64,000 bases of DNA from Oceanispirochaeta sp. (GTDB taxonomy: Bacteria; Spirochaetota; Spirochaetia; DSM-2461): contig CAXXOA010000003.1 in the NCBI GenBank assembly GCA_963666275.2, positions 288,001-352,000 of the forward strand, read 5' to 3'. This document shows, in pieces, positions 1 through 9,564 of this stretch; within the stretch, counting starts at the first letter, position 1; each line of letters opens with the position of its first letter. Both the position numbers and the translations under genes were made by a program. The notes below the pieces were generated by a model, which was not told the origin of the DNA, did not search any database, and saw only the letters and a list, made by a program, of their open reading frames with translations.

Positions 1-10
1 GAGCTTTGAT

Positions 11-1045
11 ATGTCTGAAAAAGGAAATGTACCCCCTAAACATTGCACCATTGATACGGTAGCCCGGAAGGCCGGAGTGTCTCCCGCTACGGTGTCCCGT
101 GTGATGAACAGGCCCGAGTCCGTTTCCACAGACAAGAGAATCAAAGTTCTGGAGGCCATGGAGCAGCTGAACTACAGTCCCAGTCCCCTGGCCCGGGGGC
201 TGGCAACGGATTCGCTGAGGCTGGTGGGAATCCTGATTCCCAACATAACCAACCAGGCCAACTCCCAGATCGTTTACGGCGCCATGGACGTGCTTGAGAA
301 AAAGGGCTACGGGGTTCTCCTTTTTGATGCCCGGGAGGATCTGGAGCGGGAGATGAGTCTCTATTCCAGCATTCCCAAAAAACTGATGGACGGCGTGATT
401 GTCATATATGGAAACGGCAGTGAAAAGGAGTATGAACTCCTGAACCAGGGGCTTCCTGTGGTTCTGGCGGGTCCTCCGGGAATGGATCTCCCTCTGGACC
501 AGCTGACGGCCAATGAAAGCCTGGGGTTTATGAATCTGATCCAGTACCTCTACGGTCTGGGACACAGGGAGATCGCCTTTCTCTACGGCAGCGAGGAAAC
601 CTCCGGAGGGATCCGCCGGAAAAAGCATTTTCTCAGAGTCATGGAGGAGTTCGGGCTGACTGTGAACCCCCGGTACCTGTCCGGCTGCGAGTGGACTCTC
701 GAAGGGGGCTACGAGGGGGCTCAGAGCCTCTTCTCCCGGGGGATCCGTCCCACCGCGCTGATAGGGTCTTCCGACCAGATTGCCATCGGCGCCATGCGGT
801 ACCTGAAAGAACAGGGTTACCGTATCCCCGGGGACATCTCTGTGACAGGGCTGGATAACTCTCCCATGAGCCGCTTTGTCACCCCCAGCCTGACCACTCT
901 GGATCTGCCCCATCATGTGATGGGAGCCTCCGCGGCGGAGCTGCTCCTGCAGAAGATCTCCGACCCCGGACATGCCCCTGTAAAGAAGGTCCTTCCCCTG
1001 GACGTGGTGGCCCGGGAGTCCTCCGGACCGGTCAGGAAAGATTAA
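11..1045 (+). CDS. LacI-family transcriptional regulator
   Basis: N-terminal LacI HTH (TIDTVARKAGVSPATVSRVMN), hinge 'YSPSPLARGL', periplasmic-binding-protein-like sensor domain ending IPGDISVTGLDN...PSLTTL. Confidence 0.95.
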   Translation: MSEKGNVPPKHCTIDTVARKAGVSPATVSRVMNRPESVSTDKRIKVLEAMEQLNYSPSPLARGLATDSLRLVGILIPNITNQANSQIVYGAMDVLEKKGYGVLLFDAREDLEREMSLYSSIPKKLMDGVIVIYGNGSEKEYELLNQGLPVVLAGPPGMDLPLDQLTANESLGFMNLIQYLYGLGHREIAFLYGSEETSGGIRRKKHFLRVMEEFGLTVNPRYLSGCEWTLEGGYEGAQSLFSRGIRPTALIGSSDQIAIGAMRYLKEQGYRIPGDISVTGLDNSPMSRFVTPSLTTLDLPHHVMGASAAELLLQKISDPGHAPVKKVLPLDVVARESSGPVRKD

Positions 1046-1099
1046 AACAGCAGATTTACCGGAATGCCTTCCGGAATACTGAAATTGTGAGGATGGTTC

Positions 1100-2422
1100 A
1101 TGAAATTGTATAAAACGGACTGGCTTGTGGTCAGTGCCGATAAGGTTCTTGAAAAAATGACCCTGGTGGTGGATCAGGGACAGGTCCGCTCCTGGATCAG
1201 CTGGGACGAAACCCAGGAGTTTCTCAGCCGCAACCCCGGAGCGGAAATGGCGGATTTTACCGCGCACATTCTCTTTCCCGGTTTTATCAATGCCCATATG
1301 CATCAGTACGGACTTCTGGCCCACGGGATTCCCGTCCACGGCGAGATCAGGGACTTTGAGGATTTTCTTAAAATCTTCTGGTGGCCCCTGGTGGAGGACC
1401 GGATCAGGATGAAGCAGATCGGAATAACAACCCGTTTTTCCGCGGCCGAGATGATCCAGTCGGGGGTGACAGGGTTCTGCGATACCCTGGAAGCTCCTCT
1501 CAGCGAAGAGGGCTCTCTGATTGAACAGGCGAAGATCGTTGAATCCATCGGTATGAAGGCCCTCCTCTCTCTGGAAAGCAGCGAGAGGATCGATCTGGAT
1601 AACGGCATGCGCTGCCTGGAGGAGAATGCGGAGCTGATCCGCTGGTGCCGGGAAAACAGCCGTCTTGTCGGGGGCGCCGTCTGTACGCACACCTCCTTTT
1701 CCTGTTCAGTCCCGTTTCTGAAAAAAGCGGCGGATCTGGCCGGGTCTCTGGACTCTCTCTGGCAGTTCCATCTTTCCGAAAGCCGGTATGAGCCCGATTA
1801 TGCGGCGGAGCATTTTTCCTCCCTCCCTGTAAATCACTACTATAGAGAGGGGCTTCTCTCCTCCCGGGTGCTGGCATCCCAGTGCGTCAAGGTGACAGAG
1901 GAGGAGATTGCTCTTCTCAGTGAGACCGGTGTGAGAGCGGTCCATATGCCTGTGAGCAACTGCGAAGTGGGAGGCGGTTTCGCTCCCGTCCCGGCCATGC
2001 TGAAGGCAGGGATTCCCGTGGCTCTGGGGAGCGACGGCTATGACAACAACTTTCTGAATGTCATGAAAATGGCCTTCCTTGTTCATAAATCGGTTCTGGA
2101 GGACCCCTCGGCCATGCCGGCCCGGGATGTTTTCCGCATGGCCACCGAATCGGGAGCTCAGGCTCTGGGCTGGACGGACTGCGGGACTCTGGAGACGGGG
2201 AAAGATGCGGATTTTGTCTGCTTCTCCCGGAGCATACCCACCCCTGTGACCAGGGAGAATCTCTTTGATCAGATTGTGGTATACGGAAAGAAAGAGTCCA
2301 TCAGCCATGTGTACAGGCAGGGGGAGGCCCTCCTTGAAAATGGAAAGCTCACCACCCTGGACAGGGAGGCCCTCACCGAAGAGGCCGCAGAAACCGCAGC
2401 GGAATTCTGGAGGGGCCTGTGA
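1100..2422 (+). CDS. Amidohydrolase, SsnA / MTA-SAH deaminase-like
   Basis: PGFINAHMH metal motif, FHLSES, ALGSDG, and C-terminal GTLETGKDADF. Confidence 0.85.
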   Translation: MKLYKTDWLVVSADKVLEKMTLVVDQGQVRSWISWDETQEFLSRNPGAEMADFTAHILFPGFINAHMHQYGLLAHGIPVHGEIRDFEDFLKIFWWPLVEDRIRMKQIGITTRFSAAEMIQSGVTGFCDTLEAPLSEEGSLIEQAKIVESIGMKALLSLESSERIDLDNGMRCLEENAELIRWCRENSRLVGGAVCTHTSFSCSVPFLKKAADLAGSLDSLWQFHLSESRYEPDYAAEHFSSLPVNHYYREGLLSSRVLASQCVKVTEEEIALLSETGVRAVHMPVSNCEVGGGFAPVPAMLKAGIPVALGSDGYDNNFLNVMKMAFLVHKSVLEDPSAMPARDVFRMATESGAQALGWTDCGTLETGKDADFVCFSRSIPTPVTRENLFDQIVVYGKKESISHVYRQGEALLENGKLTTLDREALTEEAAETAAEFWRGL

Positions 2423-4029
2423 TGACTGAGATTGTTATAAACAGCTGCCGCATTCTGGACGGGACGGGGCGTCCTTCCTACGAGGGAAGCCTCCTTATTA
2501 AAGAGGGCAGGATCGAAAGGATTGTCCCTGCTGATCAGACCAATACAGTTCTCACCGCAACGACTGTCATTGACGGTCAGGGCCTGACGGCCATGCCCGG
2601 ATTCATCGATACCCACAGCCACAACGATGTGGATGCTCTGAAGGATCCCGTGATTGCTCCCAAGCTACTGCAGGGCATCACAACGGAAATCCTGGGACAG
2701 GACGGCCTCTCAGTGGCTCCGGTCCGGAAAGATCCGGCCCTCTGGGAGGAGTATCTGAAGGGCTTCTACGGCGGCGGACTGGATCTGAGCGCAGAGGTCT
2801 GCTCCGGGACGGGAGCCTATCTGGAGGCTCTGGAAAAAGCCGGGACCTGTGCCAACTACGGATACCTGGTTCCCCATGGAAACCTCCGCTACTGCTGTAT
2901 GGAGAATCCCGGAGAGGAGGCTGATGAAAAGGAAAGCCACCGCATGGCGGAACTCCTGGCCGAAGAGTTCCGGCAGGGCGCTCTTGGCTGGTCTACGGGG
3001 CTGATCTATCCGCCCTGCAGTGCGGCCCGGCAGCAAGAGATGGAAATCCTGGCTGCCGTGGCCGCAGAGGCGGACAAGCCCTTTGTGGTCCATCAGAGAA
3101 GCGAATCCGATGATATCCTCTCTTCCATGGAAGAGCTCTTTCAGATCAGTGAGAAAACGGGAATGGCCCTGCATATTTCCCACTTCAAAATCTGCGGATT
3201 CAAAAATATGGCTCTCCTGGACAAAGTACTGGCTATGATAGACGCCGCTCCCTCCCGGGGAATCCGGTTTTCCATGGATGTGTATCCCTATGTGGCGGGG
3301 AGCACCGCCATGTCGGCCATGCTTCCCCCCTGGGTCAAAAAAGGTTCCCCCGCACAGATGCTGGAAAGGTTGAAAGAGAAGGACGTGAGGCGGCAGATCC
3401 GCCTGGATATGGAGACGGGAATCCCCGGATGGGATAACTTTGCCGACTTTGCGGGGTTCGACAATATTTTCGTGGCATCGGCGAAAACGCCCCAGGGAGA
3501 GGCTCTGGTGGGCAAAAGCCTGAGCGAGCTGGGGGAACTCTGGAACAGCTTTCCCTCGGATGCCCTCTGCGATCTTCTGATCCAGGAGGAAAATCAGGTC
3601 TCCCTGGTGGATTACTACACCGAGGAGTCTGTGCTGGAGGCCTTCCTCAAAAGGCCTGAAACCAATATCTGTACCGACGGTCTGCTCAATGGTTCCTCCC
3701 ACCCCCGGACCTTCGGCTCCTTTCCCCGGATGATCAGCCGTTTTGTCAGGGAGAAGGGACTGCTTTCTATGGAAGAGGCCGTCTTCAAAATGACAGCAAA
3801 AGGGGCCCGGGTCTTCGGCATCGAAGACAGAGGGACTCTGGAGCCTGGGAAAGCCGCGGATATCGTCCTGGCCGACATGGAGGCTCTGGAAGACCGGGGA
3901 ACTTTCTCCCGGCCCGCTGCGCATCCCGGGGGCATCGCGGGAATCTATGTGAACGGAGAGCCTGTCGTTTCGGCAGGACAGACTGCTGACAGCCGTCCCG
4001 GTCGGATTCTACGGAACCGGAATCAGTAA
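2419..4029 (+). CDS. N-acyl-D-amino-acid deacylase (D-aminoacylase)-family amidohydrolase
   Basis: PGFIDTHSHND, QGITTEILGQDG, HISHFK, DVYPYVAGST, HPRTFGSFPR motifs; start overlaps the upstream stop (GTGA). Confidence 0.9.
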   Translation: MMTEIVINSCRILDGTGRPSYEGSLLIKEGRIERIVPADQTNTVLTATTVIDGQGLTAMPGFIDTHSHNDVDALKDPVIAPKLLQGITTEILGQDGLSVAPVRKDPALWEEYLKGFYGGGLDLSAEVCSGTGAYLEALEKAGTCANYGYLVPHGNLRYCCMENPGEEADEKESHRMAELLAEEFRQGALGWSTGLIYPPCSAARQQEMEILAAVAAEADKPFVVHQRSESDDILSSMEELFQISEKTGMALHISHFKICGFKNMALLDKVLAMIDAAPSRGIRFSMDVYPYVAGSTAMSAMLPPWVKKGSPAQMLERLKEKDVRRQIRLDMETGIPGWDNFADFAGFDNIFVASAKTPQGEALVGKSLSELGELWNSFPSDALCDLLIQEENQVSLVDYYTEESVLEAFLKRPETNICTDGLLNGSSHPRTFGSFPRMISRFVREKGLLSMEEAVFKMTAKGARVFGIEDRGTLEPGKAADIVLADMEALEDRGTFSRPAAHPGGIAGIYVNGEPVVSAGQTADSRPGRILRNRNQ

Positions 4030-4100
4030 AAAAATAAAACGAAATAGAAGAGCTTCAGGCCAGGGTTTCCCGGTCCCGGGGCTTTCACAGGAGTAGAAAA

Positions 4101-5276
4101 ATGGAAATTACCAATCAGGAAGTTGTAGAACTCTGCAGCCGTCTTATAAAGTCTCCCAGCGTGTCCGGACAGGAACAGGGAGTTGTTGAAATTGCCCGGA
4201 AATACTGGGAGTCCAAAGGCCTGGGAAAATTTACTGTAGACCCCTACGGGAATTTCGTGGCCGAGGTGGAAGGCCGTCGTCCCGGGCAGACCATCCTCTT
4301 TGATGCCCATATCGACACGGTTCCGGCAGATCCCGCCCAGTGGTCCATGGATCCCTGGTGCGGAGATATCCGGGAGGGGAAGGTGTACGGAAGGGGCGCC
4401 TCGGATATGAAGGGAGCTCTGGCTTCCATGCTGGCCGGGGCGGCGGCTTTTCATGCCGAAACAGCCGGGAATTTCGCCGGAAAAATCTGTGTGGCCGGTG
4501 TGGTCCACGAAGAGTGTTTCGAGGGCATCTCCGCCAGGCTTATCAGTGAAGCCGTCAAGCCCGACCTGGTTGTCATCGGCGAGGCCTCCCAGCTGAATCT
4601 GAAAATCGGTCAGCGGGGAAGGGGAGAGATCGTGGTGGAAACCTTCGGTGTGAATGCCCATTCGGCCAACCCCGAAACGGGACGGAATGCGGTTTACGAT
4701 ATGGCCCGGGTGATCCAGGCGATCCGTGAAATCGCTCCGATGGAGCAGGAGAATCTGGGCAAGGGGATCCTGGAGCTGACGGATATCAAGTCCGATCCCT
4801 ATCCGGGAGCATCGGTTGTTCCCGACTACTGCCGGGTCACCTACGACCGGAGGCTTCTGAAAGGGGAAACCCCCGAGAGTGTCTTAAAACCTCTGAAAGA
4901 GAAAGCCGCCGCTCTGACCGCTGAGGATCCTGCCATGAAGATCAAGGTCTCTCTGGCGGAAGCAAAAGAGATGTGCTACACGGGAAATGAGATCAGCGGA
5001 GAGCGGTTCTTTCCCGCCTGGTACTATGATCAGAATGAACCCTTTGTGCAGAAAGCCCTTCAGGGAATCCGCTCGGCCGGGATGGATCCAGAAATTACAA
5101 CCTATTCCTTCTGCACCAACGGCAGCCACTACGCCGGAGAGGCGGAAATCCCCACCATCGGTTTCGGTCCCTCCCGGGAAAACCTGGCCCATACGGTGGA
5201 CGAGTACATTGAAATTTCCCAGCTCGAAGGGGCCTGTCTCGGTTATCAGGGGATTATGAAGGTGTTTCTGCTTTAG
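4101..5276 (+). CDS. M20 metallohydrolase, YgeY-like
   Basis: FDAHIDTV, GRGASDMKG, VHEECFEG, GEAS..L..GQRGR, and the YgeY-typical 'YSFCTNGSHYAG...IPTIGFGP..E..AH'; SD 'aggag'. Confidence 0.85.
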   Translation: MEITNQEVVELCSRLIKSPSVSGQEQGVVEIARKYWESKGLGKFTVDPYGNFVAEVEGRRPGQTILFDAHIDTVPADPAQWSMDPWCGDIREGKVYGRGASDMKGALASMLAGAAAFHAETAGNFAGKICVAGVVHEECFEGISARLISEAVKPDLVVIGEASQLNLKIGQRGRGEIVVETFGVNAHSANPETGRNAVYDMARVIQAIREIAPMEQENLGKGILELTDIKSDPYPGASVVPDYCRVTYDRRLLKGETPESVLKPLKEKAAALTAEDPAMKIKVSLAEAKEMCYTGNEISGERFFPAWYYDQNEPFVQKALQGIRSAGMDPEITTYSFCTNGSHYAGEAEIPTIGFGPSRENLAHTVDEYIEISQLEGACLGYQGIMKVFLL

Positions 5277-5321
5277 AGGGAAAATCCTTAGAATACCCGG
5301 ACAATTTTGTTTCTTCTGGAC

Positions 5322-5357
5322 AAATAGCCTACAAAAATGTAGGCTATTTTTGTTTTT
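5322..5357 (+). terminator. Rho-independent terminator
   Basis: AAATAGCCTACA-aaaa-TGTAGGCTATTT followed by a T-rich tract, after the YgeY-like gene. Confidence 0.75.
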
Positions 5358-5469
5358 CCCCAGTTTTCGGCTTCAAAACCGCCCCTGAAAGGGGTTTCAT
5401 AAAAAAAGGCAAAAATAATTTCCCATCGGATATCTGAAAAAAAATCCCCATAGTATTCTGTTAGTACAA

Positions 5470-5491
5470 GTTGTTATGACGTTATAACAAC
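5470..5491. promoter_or_regulatory. Palindromic operator, probable GntR/HutC-family autoregulatory site
   Basis: GTTGTTATGAC|GTTATAACAAC, a near-perfect 22-bp palindrome about 25 bp upstream of the GntR gene; it contains the GT..TA..AC elements typical of HutC-subfamily operators. Confidence 0.75.
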
Positions 5492-5516
5492 AGGACTTTA
5501 TTTCAGGAGATGTGTC

Positions 5517-6263
5517 GTGAGTACAGGGATTGATCCGGACAGTCTGATACCCCTTTATGCCCAGCTGGAGAAAATCCTGCTCAAAAGGATCACCTCAGGT
5601 GAGTTCCTTCCCGGTGATATGATCCCTTCGGAAATAGAACTGGGAAGTGAGTACGGGATCAGCCGGATAACTGTCCGCAAGGCCATTGAAGGACTGGTCA
5701 CCGAAGGTCTCCTGACAAAGAAAAGGGGACGGGGGACCATCGTCAATGCTCCGAAATTTGTGGACGATACATTCAGTCTGCAGAGTTTCTCGGAAAAAAC
5801 CAATCAGTCCGGCGGGGAGTTCTCAACCAGTGTTCTGGAAGTAGAGGACACGGTCGCTTCCAGTCTGATCGCTCTGCATATGGGCCTGCAGGAAGGAGAG
5901 AGGATTCTCCACATCAAAAGGCTCCGTTTCTCTGACGGCAAACCCATTGGCTATTTTGAAAACTATATTCTGGGAGAGCTGAATCTCGGTCCGGAAGAGG
6001 ATTACAGCAAATCCATCTACAGTCTGATAGAGGACAAGTGCGGCATCTCCATTAAAGAAGCCAAGCGGGAGATCTCCTCGGTTCTGGCGGACCGGGAAGT
6101 CAGTCACTATCTGGAAGTGGAAAGGCCCTCTCCTGTACTCTCCATGAAAACCTACTCCTATGATAACAGCGGCAGGGTAGTGGAGTATTCCGAAGGCTTC
6201 TACAGAGCCGACAGGTATCAGTTCACCGTTCATCTGAACCGGATGAAGGGAGGAGTGAAGTGA
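5517..6263 (+). CDS. GntR-family (HutC/UTRA) transcriptional regulator
   Basis: IPLYAQL..., IPSEIEL..YGISRITVRKA, RGRGT wHTH plus C-terminal UTRA domain (VEYSEGFYRADRYQF); GTG start with SD aggag. Confidence 0.95.
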   Translation: MSTGIDPDSLIPLYAQLEKILLKRITSGEFLPGDMIPSEIELGSEYGISRITVRKAIEGLVTEGLLTKKRGRGTIVNAPKFVDDTFSLQSFSEKTNQSGGEFSTSVLEVEDTVASSLIALHMGLQEGERILHIKRLRFSDGKPIGYFENYILGELNLGPEEDYSKSIYSLIEDKCGISIKEAKREISSVLADREVSHYLEVERPSPVLSMKTYSYDNSGRVVEYSEGFYRADRYQFTVHLNRMKGGVK

Positions 6264-7693
6264 TCCTCCTGGGACTGGATATCGGAACAGGCAGTATGAA
6301 GGCGTCTCTCTGGAAAGACGGAGAGATTACCCAGTATTCCCATAGCTATGACAGCGCCGTATTCCTGAGGGGCTACTATCAGGACATCCCGGCCTTCAGC
6401 GGTTCGGTTCGTCAGTTTCTGTCTGAGATTATGAAGAGCCTGCCCGAAGGGGCTGCCCCCGACTGCCTGGCCCTCTCCTGCCACGGCCCCTCCCTGGTCT
6501 GTCTGGACAGCAGGGGCACTCCTCTGGGCAAGATGGACACATGGCAGAACCGCGATGCCTCGCCCCAGGCGGTCCGGATCAGAGAGGCCTATCCCGGTTT
6601 CGGCAGAGACGGGACTTCCTGGGAAGCCAAGTGCCTGAGGCAGTATGAGATGCTTCCTGACGGAGTGATCGATGCTTTTCTCTATCCGAAGGATTACATC
6701 AACTTCCTCCTGACCGGTGAGAAGGGATTTGACCGGTCCACAGCTTCGACCCTGATCTTCTTCAACAGGGACGAGAACAGTTGGAACACGGCGCCCCTGG
6801 GAATAGGAGAAGAGGTCTTTCCCCGGGTATTCGACTCATCCGAGTCTGTGGGCATGACAGGCACTTCCTACAGCCGGGAGTGCGCTCTGCCCGACGGTAT
6901 CCCTGTTCTGGCAGGGGGCATCGACGCCTACTGCGAAGCTCTGGGCGCCGGTGCTGTTTCCGTGGGGGATATTACCGAAGGATCGGGGACTTCAACCTGT
7001 CTGTCAGTCTGCGCTCCCCGGGGAACCGGAGACGATCATGTGATTCAGGACAAAGGTCTCCTGATGGCCATGATGTCCAGTACGGGGGCTTCGATCAACT
7101 GGCTTGAGTCGGTTTCCGGCCGGATAGGAGGGCTGAATGAGGATCCCCTCCCACTGGAGCTCCTTTTCCTCCCCTATCTGAACGGCGAAAGGAGTCCTTT
7201 CTGGGATGAAAAACTTCAGGGAGCCTTTCTGGGAATCACGGGAAATACCCGGCAGGAGGACCTTTACCGTTCTGTTCTGCAGGGGATTGCCTTTGGTATC
7301 AGACAGAATCTGGAAGCCCTGCCGCAGGAGCTTTTCGGAAGTGAAAAAAAGGTTTTTGCCGCCGGAGGGGGCGCGGAGAACGGCTACTGGCTTCAGATGA
7401 AAGCGGACATCCTGGAGATTCCCTTCATACAGCCAGTTTTTAAAGATACGGCCTCTCTGGGGGGGCTGGCCCTGTGCGGCTACTATCTGAACAGGGGGGT
7501 GAGTGCAGCGGAACTGGGACTTCCCCGGGTGAAACATATCTTTTCCCCCACAGGTCTTTCCTGGAAGAGGGAAGCCTATGACGATCTCTACCGGGAGTAT
7601 CGGAAGGCAGCGGAAATTCTCAAAGGATCCTTCCACAGTTTGTGGGACATAAAACAGAAAATACAATACTCCAAGGAGATGAAATTGATATGA
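6260..7693 (+). CDS. FGGY-family carbohydrate kinase (xylulokinase-like)
   Basis: LGLDIGTGSMK, GGID, GSGTS, LPYLNGERSPFWD, GGGA motifs. Confidence 0.9.
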   Translation: MILLGLDIGTGSMKASLWKDGEITQYSHSYDSAVFLRGYYQDIPAFSGSVRQFLSEIMKSLPEGAAPDCLALSCHGPSLVCLDSRGTPLGKMDTWQNRDASPQAVRIREAYPGFGRDGTSWEAKCLRQYEMLPDGVIDAFLYPKDYINFLLTGEKGFDRSTASTLIFFNRDENSWNTAPLGIGEEVFPRVFDSSESVGMTGTSYSRECALPDGIPVLAGGIDAYCEALGAGAVSVGDITEGSGTSTCLSVCAPRGTGDDHVIQDKGLLMAMMSSTGASINWLESVSGRIGGLNEDPLPLELLFLPYLNGERSPFWDEKLQGAFLGITGNTRQEDLYRSVLQGIAFGIRQNLEALPQELFGSEKKVFAAGGGAENGYWLQMKADILEIPFIQPVFKDTASLGGLALCGYYLNRGVSAAELGLPRVKHIFSPTGLSWKREAYDDLYREYRKAAEILKGSFHSLWDIKQKIQYSKEMKLI

Positions 7694-8475
7694 GACGAAT
7701 GGCAAATCTGTTCGGAAAGGATGGTAAAACCGTTATTTTACCAATTGACCATGGTGCTTCTCTCAACGTCTATCCGGCGTTGAACCAGCCGGACTACATC
7801 ATCAGCCGCTGCCGGGAAGCCGGAGCCGATGCGGTTCTCACAACGTTCGGCGTTGCCCGAAAGTTCGAGAAACAGCTGAGCGGATGCGGGCTGATTCTGA
7901 GAATGGACGGGGGCAACAGCCAGCTGGGAACCGCATCAGGCGATGCTCTGCTCTACTCTCTGGAAACCGCTCTGAAAATGGGCGCCGACGCTGTGGCCTG
8001 TATGGGATTCCTCGGAACGGATAATGAAAAAACCACTCTGAAGAATCTGGCTTTTCTGGGAGAAAAGTGCCGGGACTGGGGAGTTCCCCTGATGGCTGAA
8101 ATGCTCCCCGGAGGATTTTCCAATACGCCGGAGAAGAGTGCCGAAAATGTCAGACTGGCTGCACGGATCGGTGCAGAACTGGGAGCAACGATCATCAAAA
8201 CGACCTTTGCCGGTTCAAAAGAGGAGTTCAGCGCCATTGTGGAGAGCTGCTATGTTCCTCTTGTGATCCTGGGAGGGGCTCACAGCTCCGATTTTTCCTC
8301 ACTCCTTGAAACTGTGGAAACCAGCAATGCCTGCGGTGCCGCCGGAGTGGCTATAGGCCGGAATGTCTGGGGCCAGAAAGATCCCTATCCCAGGATGAAG
8401 AGCCTCTGCCGTCTGGTTCACGACAATGCAGGGGCGGATGAGGTCCTGAAAGAGCTGAAGGGGTATGAATCATGA
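7690..8475 (+). CDS. Class I aldolase, DhnA/LsrF family
   Basis: ILPIDHG, LILRMDG, MGADAV, ARIGAELGA.IIKT (Schiff-base Lys), VILGG, GRNVW. Start moved to ATG 7690, overlapping the upstream stop. Confidence 0.9.
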   Translation: MRRMANLFGKDGKTVILPIDHGASLNVYPALNQPDYIISRCREAGADAVLTTFGVARKFEKQLSGCGLILRMDGGNSQLGTASGDALLYSLETALKMGADAVACMGFLGTDNEKTTLKNLAFLGEKCRDWGVPLMAEMLPGGFSNTPEKSAENVRLAARIGAELGATIIKTTFAGSKEEFSAIVESCYVPLVILGGAHSSDFSSLLETVETSNACGAAGVAIGRNVWGQKDPYPRMKSLCRLVHDNAGADEVLKELKGYES

Positions 8476-9500
8476 AGGCTCTGACGGTTACAGCACCGGA
8501 AACAGTAGAAATCCGGGAGGTCTCTTCTCCTGAACTGATGCCGGGATTTGTCCGCATCAGAATTGAATACTGTCTTATCTGCACCTGGGAAAAGAGGATC
8601 TTCTCCGGTCAGGCTTCTCTGCCTTTTGTTCCCGGCCACGAAGCTTCGGGAATCATCGAAGAAGTCCATGCCGATACGGTGACCTCTTTCAAACCCGGGG
8701 ATCACGTGGTATTCAAAACCCTGGATCACTGCGGTCACTGCCGCTTCTGCTACACCGGAGAAACCAATCTCTGTACCGGAGTGTCCCGTAAGCGGGAGTA
8801 CGACGGAACTCCCGGAAGCGGGGGAATGGCCCAGTATATCGATCTGGAACCGGGACGGATCTTCAAGGTGAACAAAGATATTCCCCTGGAGATTGCCGCC
8901 TTTGCGGAACCCCTGGCCTGCTGCTATCACAGCATCATGAGAGCCGATATCAAACCGGGCGATTATGTCGGGATATCCGGCGGGGGCATTATGGGGCAGC
9001 TTCACGGTCTTCTGGCTCTTTCCAGGGGGGCGAAGGTCCTGCTTATCGAGCCCGATGAGACCAAAGCCGAACTGGCGCTGAAATCGGGAATCCACAGAGT
9101 TTGTCACCCCTTCAAAGAGACGTTATCCGAAACAGTTGCTGATTTTACAGGGGGGGGACTGCTTGACTGCTATATCATTACCACCCCCCAGCTGGCTATT
9201 GCCGAAGAGGCTCCCCGGCATGTGAGAAACTCGGGCAGCATTATCTTTTACGGCTCCTTCCATCCCAGGGGGACCATTGCTCTGGATCCCAACGGGGTGC
9301 ACTACAGTCAGCATGTGATAACAGGCTCCTACAGCCCCTCGACAGAGGATTTCTTCCGGGCGGCCCGGCTTCTTTCGGAAAGTCTGGTGGATATGAACCC
9401 GTATCTCAACAGGGTTTACTCTCTTGAAGATGCAGAAAGCGCTTTCAGGGACTCCCTGAAACCGGAGAACTACAGGATTGCCATCAAGTTGCAGGATTAG
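8472..9500 (+). CDS. Zn-dependent (MDR) sugar-alcohol dehydrogenase
   Basis: GHEASG, structural Zn motif CGHCRFC...C, AEPLAC, GGGIMG. Confidence 0.9.
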   Translation: MKALTVTAPETVEIREVSSPELMPGFVRIRIEYCLICTWEKRIFSGQASLPFVPGHEASGIIEEVHADTVTSFKPGDHVVFKTLDHCGHCRFCYTGETNLCTGVSRKREYDGTPGSGGMAQYIDLEPGRIFKVNKDIPLEIAAFAEPLACCYHSIMRADIKPGDYVGISGGGIMGQLHGLLALSRGAKVLLIEPDETKAELALKSGIHRVCHPFKETLSETVADFTGGGLLDCYIITTPQLAIAEEAPRHVRNSGSIIFYGSFHPRGTIALDPNGVHYSQHVITGSYSPSTEDFFRAARLLSESLVDMNPYLNRVYSLEDAESAFRDSLKPENYRIAIKLQD

Positions 9501-9564
9501 AATCTCTGCGTTTGACAATAGGAATTGAATGCCTGGTACAGGCAGAATTTTATGGAGGAATTTT

